From Myxococcota bacterium (GTDB taxonomy: Bacteria > Myxococcota_A > UBA9160 > SZUA-336), in contig DATJZP010000061.1 of assembly GCA_035498875.1 (NCBI GenBank), positions 172,614 through 236,613 of the forward strand: 64,000 nucleotides of DNA. Direction: 5' to 3'. The number at the start of each line of letters is the position of its first letter. Position 1 is the stretch's first letter. A program made the translations under genes and the position numbers. The notes under the pieces are model-generated. The model worked only from the letters and a program-made list of their open reading frames with translations. It had not been told where the DNA came from and made no database searches. Shown here piece by piece: positions 44,712 to 53,260 of the stretch.

Positions 44712-47180
44712 TCACCAGCCGTCCCCAAAACCGACCTGCAACGCGATGCCGTAAAACCCAGCTTGATAATCCGAATCTTGATGTCCGAAGTAGAGCCGGC
44801 GCCCGATCAGCGTGGGCAGCCCTGTCTGATGGAAGTCATCCACTCCGGAGAGGTCGTAGCGGTAGAAGAAGCGCAGCGCGGTCGATTTGCGCAACGCGAT
44901 GCGCAAGCTGGTCTCGAGCGTGTGATCGCGGTTGCGCAGCCGCGGCAGATGGTCGGGCACCGGATGAGTCGGATCCTGACTCGCGAGCACCGCATCCGAG
45001 ACGAAGGAGAGATTCTCATCCTCGCGAAAGACCAGGAACGTGTAGCGCGTGTCGAGCGAGATCCACTGCAGCGGATGCAAGCTGAAGCCGCCGCCCCAGC
45101 CGACGCCGTCGCCGTTGCTCTTCACGCCCCACTCGTTGCTGAACGGGAAGTTGGGGCCGCCCGCGTCCCCGTTCGAAGAGCTGGCGAAGCCGCGGATCGT
45201 CTGCATGCCGCGGTCGTGATGCTCGAACGAGACGAACGCGTTCGCGCTGAAGATGGGCGAGGGCTGCACGTTCCAGTCGGCCTCCACGTCGCGCGAGCGG
45301 TCGCTCGTGAGCCCAAAGCCGGAGCCATAGTTGTCGTTGCGTAGCCGCGCGGCGAGTGACAGATCGGAGAATTCTCCGAGGGCGAACACCAGCCGTCCGT
45401 TGATGCGCTGGCCGACGAGATCCGCGAGGTCGGGACGCACCAGCTGATTCAAGTTGTGCGCCTGATTTCCGTCCGGGAAGAGCGGCACGAAGCCCGCGAG
45501 CGCCGCGGTCGTGTACTTGTAGTAGACGTTGTAGTTCACGTCGCCGCCGTCGCGGTTCGTGAACTTGTACGAGACGCGCGCGGTCAGCCACGAGAACGGC
45601 CGCGAGTTGAACGACACGGTCGCGCGCTGCTCGCGCGTCTGCGGCCGCTCGGAGACGACGCGGTCCACGTCCTCCTGCTCGAGCAGGAAGTCGAACGAGC
45701 TGCGCCAGGGGATCGCCAGCGACGCGCCGGCGCTGATCGTCTGGCGTGTCTCGCCCCACGGAATCGTGCGGTAGCGCCAGGCGCTGCCCGGCACGCCCGG
45801 CTCGAACACGCCCGTGTAGTCCTGGCCCAGCACCGAGCCGTGGCCGCCGTCCTCGACGATGTAGCCGAACTGGCCGGTCGCGGGGTTGAACGCGAAGTAG
45901 TTCGTGAGCGTGTCGAAGTTCGTGATCCGGTAGCCGGCGCGCAGCCGCAGCGGCCGCCACGGATTGGTGTCGACCTTCAGATCGACCAGCAGGTTGTCCA
46001 CGCGCGCGTGCGCGCTCTTGGTGGAGAGCGACCCGGCGTTGTTCCAGTCACTCAAGTTGATCGTGCCGATCGTGCCGCTCGAGATCGTGGGCGGAATCAG
46101 ATTGTCGTTCTGCGTGCTGCGAGACCACGAGATCGCGGTCGTGAAGCGCGTGCGCAGCGGCAGACTCAGCCCGAAGTCGGCGTGCAGGTTGTGCCAGTCG
46201 TTGTCGGGCGCCAGCGCCTGGCGCGCCTGCTCGATCTGCGTGGTGCCGGTGCCGAGGAACGGCTGCGCGATCGTGAGTGACTGGTTCAGGTTGCGGTAGA
46301 ACGAGCCGTTGTAGGCCAGATTCAGCTGTGCGAGCGCGCCGCCCCACTCGAGCCGCGCGCTGGCCTTCTGGGTGTGATCGTCGATCGGCTGCGGGACTTC
46401 GAACGACCCGCCGAGGCTGGTCGAGTAATCGGGATAGGCGAAGCCGACCGCGCTCGGCAGCGCGCCCTTGCGATCCTCCATGCCGTACTGCGCCACGAGC
46501 GACAGCGTGGGCAGCACGCGCGCGCGCAGCTCCAGGTTGGTGCGGTCGCGCTGCACCGCGATCGTGCCCTCGGGATGGTCGGCGAGCGCGGCCGCAATCT
46601 CCGCCGGCGTGTTTCCCGTGGCCACGAGACTCTTGGGCAGGCCCAGGAAGTCGCTGCCGCCGCCCGTCCACAGCAGGGTCGCGTCGGAGGCGTACTTGTG
46701 CGGCACGCCGCTGAACGAGCCGCGGAAACGCAGCCAGCCGGCGCGGCTCGCCTCGAGGTCGTAGAACTGGTCGTCGCGGCCGACGCTGCCGCCGCGCAGC
46801 ATGAGATAGTCACCCGACTCGGGGCGCCACAGCTCGAGGTTCAGGCCGTCGAGCATGAAGCCGTCGTTGCGATCGACGTACTTCGTGTAGCGAGTCTCGG
46901 TCTCTTCGCCGCCTCCGCCGAAGAAATAACCCGCTTCGAGCGCGCCGCGCGCCTTCCAGCCGTTGCCGATGTCGTCGAGCTCGTGCAGATCGGGCGGGTA
47001 GGGATAGAGAAACCCGCTGGGCGTGCGGTTGCGATAGGGAATCAACAGCGACATGCCCTGCGGATCGGGGTTCTCCCAGACCTCGGCGTTGCCGGGATGG
47101 AGTGAATCGCGCGGTGGATCGGCCGCGGCGCTGCGGGCGGCGATCACGAGCAGCACGAGCGCGAGCACCGTCTTGCGCAT
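44712..47180 (-). CDS. MtrB/PioB/MtoB-family outer-membrane beta-barrel (decaheme-associated porin)
   Basis: 822 aa with a signal peptide and alternating beta-strand pattern ending ...GIALQVGFGDGW. It follows the decaheme gene after a 10-nt gap. The N-terminal region YTKYVDRNDGFMLDGLNLEL is family-typical. Confidence 0.8.
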   Translation of the reverse strand: MRKTVLALVLLVIAARSAAADPPRDSLHPGNAEVWENPDPQGMSLLIPYRNRTPSGFLYPYPPDLHELDDIGNGWKARGALEAGYFFGGGGEETETRYTKYVDRNDGFMLDGLNLELWRPESGDYLMLRGGSVGRDDQFYDLEASRAGWLRFRGSFSGVPHKYASDATLLWTGGGSDFLGLPKSLVATGNTPAEIAAALADHPEGTIAVQRDRTNLELRARVLPTLSLVAQYGMEDRKGALPSAVGFAYPDYSTSLGGSFEVPQPIDDHTQKASARLEWGGALAQLNLAYNGSFYRNLNQSLTIAQPFLGTGTTQIEQARQALAPDNDWHNLHADFGLSLPLRTRFTTAISWSRSTQNDNLIPPTISSGTIGTINLSDWNNAGSLSTKSAHARVDNLLVDLKVDTNPWRPLRLRAGYRITNFDTLTNYFAFNPATGQFGYIVEDGGHGSVLGQDYTGVFEPGVPGSAWRYRTIPWGETRQTISAGASLAIPWRSSFDFLLEQEDVDRVVSERPQTREQRATVSFNSRPFSWLTARVSYKFTNRDGGDVNYNVYYKYTTAALAGFVPLFPDGNQAHNLNQLVRPDLADLVGQRINGRLVFALGEFSDLSLAARLRNDNYGSGFGLTSDRSRDVEADWNVQPSPIFSANAFVSFEHHDRGMQTIRGFASSSNGDAGGPNFPFSNEWGVKSNGDGVGWGGGFSLHPLQWISLDTRYTFLVFREDENLSFVSDAVLASQDPTHPVPDHLPRLRNRDHTLETSLRIALRKSTALRFFYRYDLSGVDDFHQTGLPTLIGRRLYFGHQDSDYQAGFYGIALQVGFGDGW

Positions 47181-47190
47181 CGCCCTGCTC

Positions 47191-48138
47191 CTAGCGGTGG
47201 AACCGCGGGCCCGACGGTGAGTTCGAGCCGTGGATCTGGGAGTGACAGTTCAGGCAGCCGCGGTTCATCAACCGGTCGTCGGGCGCCCCCGAGGTCGCCA
47301 TGTTCTGCTGAGTCACGAGCGCCGACGGGTGACCGAAGTTCGGGTTGTCGATCGGCGAGTGACATTCCTGGCACAAGAGCGGCAGCTCGGTGACCAGCAG
47401 CCGCTCGTGGTTCGAGCCGTGCGGCTTGTGGCAGTTGAGGCAGCTCTCGCGCACCGGCTGGTGCTCCCACAGGAAAGGGCCGCGCTTCTCGGCGTGACAG
47501 CCGGTGCAGAGCTGGTTGACGTCGTCTGCCTTGATCAGCGGCGAGGTCTGCGAGCCGTGCGGGTTGTGGCAGTCGACGCACGAGATCTTGCCCTCGAGCA
47601 GCGGCATGTGGGAGCGCTTCTGGAAGTCCGCGCGCTGCTGCGGGTGGCAGGTGAAGCAAGTCTCATTAGCGTTCTTCGCGCGCAGCAGTGACTGGCCCGA
47701 GGTCTGAGCCATCGGGTTGTGGCAGTCGCTGCAGGCCAGGCCGCGCAGCTCGTGAGTGGACCCGATCCAGTACAGGGTGGCGCCCGCGCGATGACACTCG
47801 AGGCACATCGCGTTCATGGCCTCGGGCGCGTAGCTCGAGTTCCGCGTGAACGAGACGATCGTCGACGGGTTGGGGTCGCCGACGTGCTTGCCGCCCGGAC
47901 CGTGACAGCTCTCACAGGTGTGCTTCTCGAGCTCGGTGCGCGGGTTCGCGGTGAACGCGCGCGCGTGCACGGTGCGCTGCCAGTGCGCGGTCTCTACGCT
48001 GTGGCAGCCCATGCAGATGGCGTCGCCCACGTAGGCGACGTCGTTCCCCGGCTTCTCGACGAGCTCGTCGGGCGGCTGCGCACACGCCACGAGCGCGAGC
48101 GAAGCGATCCCCAGGAGCCGCCACCAGACCCTTCCCAT
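47191..48138 (-). CDS. Periplasmic decaheme c-type cytochrome (MtrA/DmsE/PioA/MtoA family)
   Basis: Ten CXXCH motifs: CMGCH, CESCH, CLECH, CSDCH, CFTCH, CVDCH, CTGCH, CLNCH, CQECH, CLNCH. The ATG at 48138 gives a signal peptide. About 315 aa. Confidence 0.9.
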   Translation of the reverse strand: MGRVWWRLLGIASLALVACAQPPDELVEKPGNDVAYVGDAICMGCHSVETAHWQRTVHARAFTANPRTELEKHTCESCHGPGGKHVGDPNPSTIVSFTRNSSYAPEAMNAMCLECHRAGATLYWIGSTHELRGLACSDCHNPMAQTSGQSLLRAKNANETCFTCHPQQRADFQKRSHMPLLEGKISCVDCHNPHGSQTSPLIKADDVNQLCTGCHAEKRGPFLWEHQPVRESCLNCHKPHGSNHERLLVTELPLLCQECHSPIDNPNFGHPSALVTQQNMATSGAPDDRLMNRGCLNCHSQIHGSNSPSGPRFHR

Positions 48139-48185
48139 ACGAAGGGATGTTACGAGCCGAAGGGGCGGATCGGTTTTTGTTTTCT

Positions 48186-49667
48186 CTAACTGCGCGCGCG
48201 TACGTCGACGTCGAAGACGCCGGTCAGCACGCGGCCGCCGCTGCGCACCTGCACCCACATGCGGTACTGACCCGGCTGCGGGAACGCGTAGGGGAATGCG
48301 ACCTCGCCGGGCGCGGGGCCGCGCGCGAGCGGCATCGGCGACACCGTTCCGTCACGCTTCGCGAGCATCTCGGCCGCGGCCATCGAGATCGAGCCCGCCG
48401 GATGCAGGTGGGTGAATACGGCGCCGTCGCTGCGGCGCAGCGCCAGGTGCCCTTCCATTCCCATGTAGGGCTCGAGCGCGAGCGGGGCGCCGTCGGCGCC
48501 GAACGCGGCGAAGCGCAGCGTGGTGTCGCGGTCGGCGACCAGCGCGTCGGTCGTGCGCAGCTCCATGTGACCCCCACCCATCAGCGGGGCGCGCGCGCCC
48601 GGCACCGAGAGGCCCGTGTGCCAGGAATCGTCGTAGTCGAGCGCGGTCGGCGCGGCGCCGTTCGCCGCGGCGGTCGTCGGCGAGAGACACAGCACGGAGC
48701 TGCCGGGCGTGGCCGCGGCCTGCAGGGCCGCGCCGACCGGCGGCGGCAGATTCACCCGACTCACCAGGGTCTCGCTCGAGCCGTCCTCATGAGTGACTTC
48801 GGCGTAGAGCTGGTAGGTGCCGCCCGGCAGTGGCGGCAGCATGCCCTCGAAGCTGGCGGGGTCGCGCCGCACCGGGTGCAGGTGCGCGAAGGCGTCGAAG
48901 TCGGGCTCGCGCACCAGGAACAGGTGCATCAGCTTGCCGTGATCGGTCACGAGCGTGTCCCAGGCGGCGCTCGCCGGAGCATCGTGCGCGGGCGAGAGCT
49001 GCAACACGTTCTGCGCCGCGTCGCCGCGCACCACGGAAGTCACCGGCAGCGGCTTCGAGAGCGCGTTCGCGAAGTCGCGGTCCATCTGCTGCCAGCGGTA
49101 GTTCCCGCCGTACACCGCCGCTCCGCAGACGAGCGCCATGAGCGCGCCCGCGCGCCGCCCGCGACCCGAGTCCCGCGCCGCGGCCGCGACCAGCCCGACG
49201 GCGAACGCGCACAGCACGATGCCGAGCGCGACCAGAGTGACTCCCAGCGCCGGCGGCATCACCGGCCGCGCCAGCGCGGCTGCCTGCAGCGGCACGGCGA
49301 CCCGGCCGCCGCCGCGCGCGCTCTCGAGCCGGATCTCCACGCCGTAGGAGCCGCGGCGCAGCAGCCAGAACGTGGCGTTCCAGAGCTGCGGGTCACCCGC
49401 CACGCGCGTCGCGGCGCTCGGCGGCGGAGCGGCCTCGGCGCCCGCGTCGAGGAACGCGGGCTGCACTGCGACGGCAGTCACATCGCCGTCGCTGACTCGG
49501 ATGTCGGCCTGCGCGAGGCCGGGGAAGGTCTGCGGCGGGCGGATCACGACCCGCAGCGGATGGACGCCGGCGCGCCCTTCGAAGAAGACGTTGGGGCTGC
49601 CCACGTGCGCGCTCGCGCTCGAGACCGCGCAGAGACATGCACAAGCCAGGAGCAGCGCCGACCTCAC
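48186..49667 (-). CDS. Signal-peptide protein with a mature N-terminal His domain, one TM segment and two tandem HLHP-motif domains (putative metal-binding)
   Basis: GTG at 49667 gives VRSALLLACACLCAVSSASA|HVGSPNVFFEG. The mid TM is VTLVALGIVLCAFAVGLVAAA. The repeats are KLMHLFLVREPDFDAFAHLHP and MEGHLALRRSDGAVFTHLHP. It overlaps the upstream gene by 4 nt. Confidence 0.6.
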   Translation of the reverse strand: MRSALLLACACLCAVSSASAHVGSPNVFFEGRAGVHPLRVVIRPPQTFPGLAQADIRVSDGDVTAVAVQPAFLDAGAEAAPPPSAATRVAGDPQLWNATFWLLRRGSYGVEIRLESARGGGRVAVPLQAAALARPVMPPALGVTLVALGIVLCAFAVGLVAAAARDSGRGRRAGALMALVCGAAVYGGNYRWQQMDRDFANALSKPLPVTSVVRGDAAQNVLQLSPAHDAPASAAWDTLVTDHGKLMHLFLVREPDFDAFAHLHPVRRDPASFEGMLPPLPGGTYQLYAEVTHEDGSSETLVSRVNLPPPVGAALQAAATPGSSVLCLSPTTAAANGAAPTALDYDDSWHTGLSVPGARAPLMGGGHMELRTTDALVADRDTTLRFAAFGADGAPLALEPYMGMEGHLALRRSDGAVFTHLHPAGSISMAAAEMLAKRDGTVSPMPLARGPAPGEVAFPYAFPQPGQYRMWVQVRSGGRVLTGVFDVDVRARS

Positions 49668-50767
49668 GCGCGCACCTCGCGCAGCGCGCCCAGCCACAAG
49701 CCCGCGCGCGCGGCCACGATCGCGACGAGCACTGCCACGGCGCCACTCACCAGGCCGAGGTCGGGCGACATGAAGCCCCAGTAGGCGGTGCGCGCCGTCG
49801 GATCGATGCGCAGGAAGAACGGCCAGTGGCGCCCGCCGCCCGCGAAGAACCAGTCGTCGGCGACGGGCGAGAGCAGGAAGGCCGAGAAGAGCCACTGAGT
49901 CACGGCGAACAGCGCGAAGAACGCGCAGCCGCACTCGAGCGCCGAAGCCCAGCCGCCCGTGCTGCCGGCGCGCGACGGAATGCCGTGCAGCAGGCCGTCG
50001 AGCGCGAGCGCCGGCACCACCAGGAGCAGCGGGAAGGGGGGCGGCAGCAGATGGTCGAGCGCGTTGTAGACCGGGCCCGCCTGGGGCGTCGCGGCGAAGC
50101 GCGGCAGGAGCCAGACCATCGAGCCCACGAACGCGAGATAGCCGAGCGCCGCCAGCGTCGCAGGCGCGCGCATCCGGCCGGCCGCCGACTGCGCGGTGAG
50201 CACCAGCGGGTAACTCGCGCAGGCGAGCAGGTAGAAGAGCTCCGAGTGCTGGCGGTTCGCGAAGCTCTGAGCCGTGGTCACGACCGAGATCATGGCCAGG
50301 AGCGCTCCCCCGGCAAGCGCGGCGCGCCGGGCGCGCGACGGCGTGTCCTGGTGCGCGAGCAGCGTCAGCCAGGCGCCCGCCACGACCGCGAAATAGGCCA
50401 GCGCCTTGGCGATCTGCGGCGGGTGCCAGATGCCCGCGGCCAGCCCGTAGCTCGCCTGCCACCAGCGGTCGAACAAGAGCGCCGTCACGAACGCGAGCCC
50501 GCCCCAGAGCACGATCCACGCGCCGAGCGGGGCGCGCACGCGACCCAGCGCGACGCCCCCTACACCGCTCTGCGTAGCCAGCGCCACGATCCGCAGCGCC
50601 GCCGCCGCCGCGAGCGCCACCGCCGCGTAGTTGGCCGCGTGCGGCGGACCGAAGAACGCATCCACGCCGATGGTCGACTCCCAGGAGAAGTCCCAGAAGA
50701 GAGTCAGGGGAACCGCGATCGCGGCGACGAGCAGGACGGCTTCGGTCGGCATGCGCGCGCGCATCAT
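49664..50767 (-). CDS. Polytopic inner-membrane protein of unknown function (about 9-10 TM)
   Basis: Sequence MMRARMPTEAVLLVAAIAVPLTLFWDFSWESTIGVDAFFGPPH... Several conserved-looking His or Trp residues lie in loops. It is the first gene of the minus-strand string. Confidence 0.6.
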   Translation of the reverse strand: MMRARMPTEAVLLVAAIAVPLTLFWDFSWESTIGVDAFFGPPHAANYAAVALAAAAALRIVALATQSGVGGVALGRVRAPLGAWIVLWGGLAFVTALLFDRWWQASYGLAAGIWHPPQIAKALAYFAVVAGAWLTLLAHQDTPSRARRAALAGGALLAMISVVTTAQSFANRQHSELFYLLACASYPLVLTAQSAAGRMRAPATLAALGYLAFVGSMVWLLPRFAATPQAGPVYNALDHLLPPPFPLLLVVPALALDGLLHGIPSRAGSTGGWASALECGCAFFALFAVTQWLFSAFLLSPVADDWFFAGGGRHWPFFLRIDPTARTAYWGFMSPDLGLVSGAVAVLVAIVAARAGLWLGALREVRA

Positions 50768-50784
50768 AGCGCCCGTTCCGTTGG

Positions 50785-50842
50785 TCGCGCGGGCACCCTA
50801 CCCGCGCTCCCGATGATCGCGCGGGCACCCTACCCGCGCTCC
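50785..50842. repeat. Two tandem copies of the 26-nt unit TCGCGCGGGCACCCTACCCGCGCTCC, each carrying the inverted repeat GCGCGGG-N7-CCCGCGC
   Basis: The copies at 50785-50810 and 50817-50842 are identical, with a 32-nt period. They lie between the divergent starts at 50767 (minus) and 50882 (plus). Confidence 0.8.
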
Positions 50843-50881
50843 GGTGGCAGGAAGGCCGGCCGGGCGGAACACTGCTGCCGG

Positions 50882-52801
50882 ATGTCGGCACTCACACTCC
50901 TGGGCGGGCGCCGCTTCGCCGCGTTCTTCTGGGCGCAGTTTCTCGGCGCGTTCAACGACAACCTGTTCCGCAACGCGCTCGTGGTCCTGACCACGTTCCG
51001 CGCGGTGCGCGTGATGGGCCTTCCGCCCGAGCAAGTCGTCGCGATCTCGGGCGGCGTGTTCACGCTGCCGTTCTTCCTGTTCTCGGCCAGCGCGGGCCAG
51101 CTCGCCGACAGGCTGCCCAAGCACCGGCTGATGCGCTGGGTGAAGGGCTTCGAGATCCCGAGCATGGTGTTCGCGGGCGTGGCGATCACGCAGCAGAGCG
51201 GGGCGCTGATGCTCGTGGCGCTGTTCTTCACCGGCCTCCAGGCCGCGTTCTTCGGACCGGTCAAGTACGGCGTGCTGCCGCAGCTCCTGGACGAGGACGA
51301 CCTGGTCACCGGGAACGCGCTGGTCGAGACGGGCACGTCACTCGCGATCCTGTTGGGCACGATCTGCGGCGGGCTCCTGCTCGGACTGGGTGACTCGGGG
51401 CCGCGTTGGGTCGAGCTCGCGATCCTGTGCGTCGCGGTGCTGGGCTGGCTGGCCAGCCTGGCCGTCCCGGCCGTGCCCGCCGAGAGCCCCGGCCTGCAGA
51501 TCTCGCGGAATCCGTTCGTCCCGCTGTCCGAGACCTGGGCGATCACGCGCGCGAATCGCGCGGTGTATCTGTCGGTGCTGGCGATCTCGTGGTTCTGGTT
51601 CTTCGGCGCCGCGTTCCTGGCTCTGCTTCCCACTTACACCAAGCTCGTGCTGGGCGCGGACGAGCAGGTGATCACCTTCTTCCTGGCGCTCTTCTGCATC
51701 GGCATCGGCGCGGGGTCACTCGCCTGCGAGAGACTCTCGGGCAGGCGCGTCGAGCTGGGGCTGGTGCCGCTCGGCTCGATCGGCATGAGCGTGTTCGTGC
51801 TCGACCTGTGCTTCGCGAGCCCGTCGCCCGCGGCGCCCGGCGCGGCCCTGCTCACGCTGGCGCAGGTCCTGGCGCTGCCCCATGGCCTGCGCATCGCCTT
51901 CGACCTCTCGCTGATCGCCGCGTCGAGCGGCGTGTTCGTGGTGCCGCTCTACGCGCTGGTGCAGCAGCGCTCCGAGCCGAGTCAGCGCTCGCGCGTGATC
52001 GCGGGCAGCAACATCCTGGGCGCGCTGTTCATGGTGGCTTCGGCGCTCGAAGTCACCGCGCTGCTCGCGCTCGAAGTGCCGATCCGCTGGATCCTGTTCG
52101 CGCTGGGCGCCGAGAATGCGCTGGTCGCGATCTACGTCTACGGAGTGATTCCGGAGTTCCTGTTCCGGTTCGTGGCCTGGATCCTGGCGAACGTGCTGTA
52201 CCGGCTGCACTGGACCGGGCGCGAGAACATTCCCGACGAGGGCCCGGTGCTGCTGGTGTCGAACCACGTCACCTTCATCGACTGGCTGTTCATCGCCGGC
52301 GTGTGCAAGCGGCCGGCGCGCTTCGTCATGCACCAGGACTTTCTCGCGATTCCCGGGCTCGGCTTCGTGTTCCGCGACGCCAAGGTGATTCCGATCGCGA
52401 GCGCGCGCGAGAACGCCGAGACACTCGACGCCGCGTTCGAGCGGATCGCGGTCGAGCTCGAGGACGGGAACGTGGTCTGCATCTTCCCCGAGGGAAGACT
52501 CACGGCCGACGGGCGCATGAATCCGTTCCGGCCCGGGGTCGAGCGGATCGTGGCGCGCACGCCCGTGCCGGTGGTCCCGATCGGCCTGCGCGGGCTGTGG
52601 GGAAGCTTCTTCAGCCGCAAGGACGGCGCCGCCATGCGCCGCCCGTTCCGGCGCTTCTGGTCGCGGATCGACCTGGCGGTGGGTGAACCCGTTCCAGCCG
52701 AGCGCGTGAAGGCCGACGACCTGGCGCGCCGCGTGGCCGCGCTGGCCGAGCTCGACCCACCGGTGTCTCTGCAAAGTCATGCTCAGCCGACGCCGTCGTG
52801 A
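50882..52801 (+). CDS. MFS lysophospholipid transporter (LplT-like) fused to 1-acyl-sn-glycerol-3-phosphate acyltransferase (PlsC/Aas-like)
   Basis: The ATG at 50882 gives MSALTLLGGRRFAAFFWAQFLGAFNDNLFRNAL (LplT-like MFS). The C-terminal acyltransferase motifs are VSNHVTFIDW and IFPEGRLT. The N-terminal 415 aa of ORF 49637..52801 are antisense junk. Confidence 0.8.
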   Translation: MSALTLLGGRRFAAFFWAQFLGAFNDNLFRNALVVLTTFRAVRVMGLPPEQVVAISGGVFTLPFFLFSASAGQLADRLPKHRLMRWVKGFEIPSMVFAGVAITQQSGALMLVALFFTGLQAAFFGPVKYGVLPQLLDEDDLVTGNALVETGTSLAILLGTICGGLLLGLGDSGPRWVELAILCVAVLGWLASLAVPAVPAESPGLQISRNPFVPLSETWAITRANRAVYLSVLAISWFWFFGAAFLALLPTYTKLVLGADEQVITFFLALFCIGIGAGSLACERLSGRRVELGLVPLGSIGMSVFVLDLCFASPSPAAPGAALLTLAQVLALPHGLRIAFDLSLIAASSGVFVVPLYALVQQRSEPSQRSRVIAGSNILGALFMVASALEVTALLALEVPIRWILFALGAENALVAIYVYGVIPEFLFRFVAWILANVLYRLHWTGRENIPDEGPVLLVSNHVTFIDWLFIAGVCKRPARFVMHQDFLAIPGLGFVFRDAKVIPIASARENAETLDAAFERIAVELEDGNVVCIFPEGRLTADGRMNPFRPGVERIVARTPVPVVPIGLRGLWGSFFSRKDGAAMRRPFRRFWSRIDLAVGEPVPAERVKADDLARRVAALAELDPPVSLQSHAQPTPS

Positions 52802-53250
52802 CTATCATGGCGCCGGAGGTGACCGACATGATTCGAGGGAGCTGTCTGTGCGGCGGTATCCGGATCGAAGCCGAGCGCGTCTCCTTGCTGCGCCATTGCC
52901 ACTGCTCGAGCTGCCGCAAGGAGACCGGCTCGGCCTTCGGCACCGTCGCGGTGGTGCGCCCGAGTGACTTCCGATTCGAGCGCGGCGAAGACTTGGTGCA
53001 GCACTATCACTACCCGCCCGACGGCACGCGCGCGTTCTGCCGCGTGTGTGGCTCGAAGGCCCCGCTGGCGCTCTTCGGCGGCACGCTCGTGATCGTGCCC
53101 GCGGGCATGCTCGACGACGACCCCGGCGTGCGGCCCGCGCTGCACCAGTTCGCGGGCTCGAAGGCGCCTTGGTGGGACATCGCCGACTCCCTGCCGCGCT
53201 TCGCGCGCTGGGTGCCCGGCTACGAGCCCAAGTGGGCGGCGGCGCGCTGA
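52798..53250 (+). CDS. GFA family protein (second paralog)
   Basis: Sequence IRGSCLCGGIRIE...HCHCSSCRKETGS...FCRVCGS. The start may instead be ATG at 52828. Confidence 0.75.
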   Translation: MTIMAPEVTDMIRGSCLCGGIRIEAERVSLLRHCHCSSCRKETGSAFGTVAVVRPSDFRFERGEDLVQHYHYPPDGTRAFCRVCGSKAPLALFGGTLVIVPAGMLDDDPGVRPALHQFAGSKAPWWDIADSLPRFARWVPGYEPKWAAAR

Positions 53251-53260
53251 GAGGAGACCG

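Noticed and set aside
48139-48185. T-rich tract GGTTTTTGTTTTCTC between the HLHP gene and the decaheme gene as a terminator.
   Set aside because: On the transcribed minus strand the tract is A-rich and has no preceding stable hairpin. It is more likely just an AT-rich spacer or RBS region inside the operon.
50785-50842. The tandem 26-nt repeats as a mini CRISPR array.
   Set aside because: There are only two copies with a 6-nt spacer. No cas genes are present, and the repeats lie inside a 114-bp divergent promoter. This is not CRISPR architecture.
49637-50881. N-terminal 415 aa of the 1054-aa plus-strand ORF 49637..52801.
   Set aside because: This part lies antisense to the membrane-protein gene and is Arg/Glu/His-rich nonsense. 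The MFS-like sequence begins cleanly at ATG 50882.
48186-50891. Single 901-aa minus-strand ORF spanning 48186..50891.
   Set aside because: Only the C-terminal 493 aa (from GTG 49667, with a signal peptide) look like protein. The upstream part is out of frame with the convincing polytopic membrane gene 49664..50767 and is Arg/Gly-rich junk.
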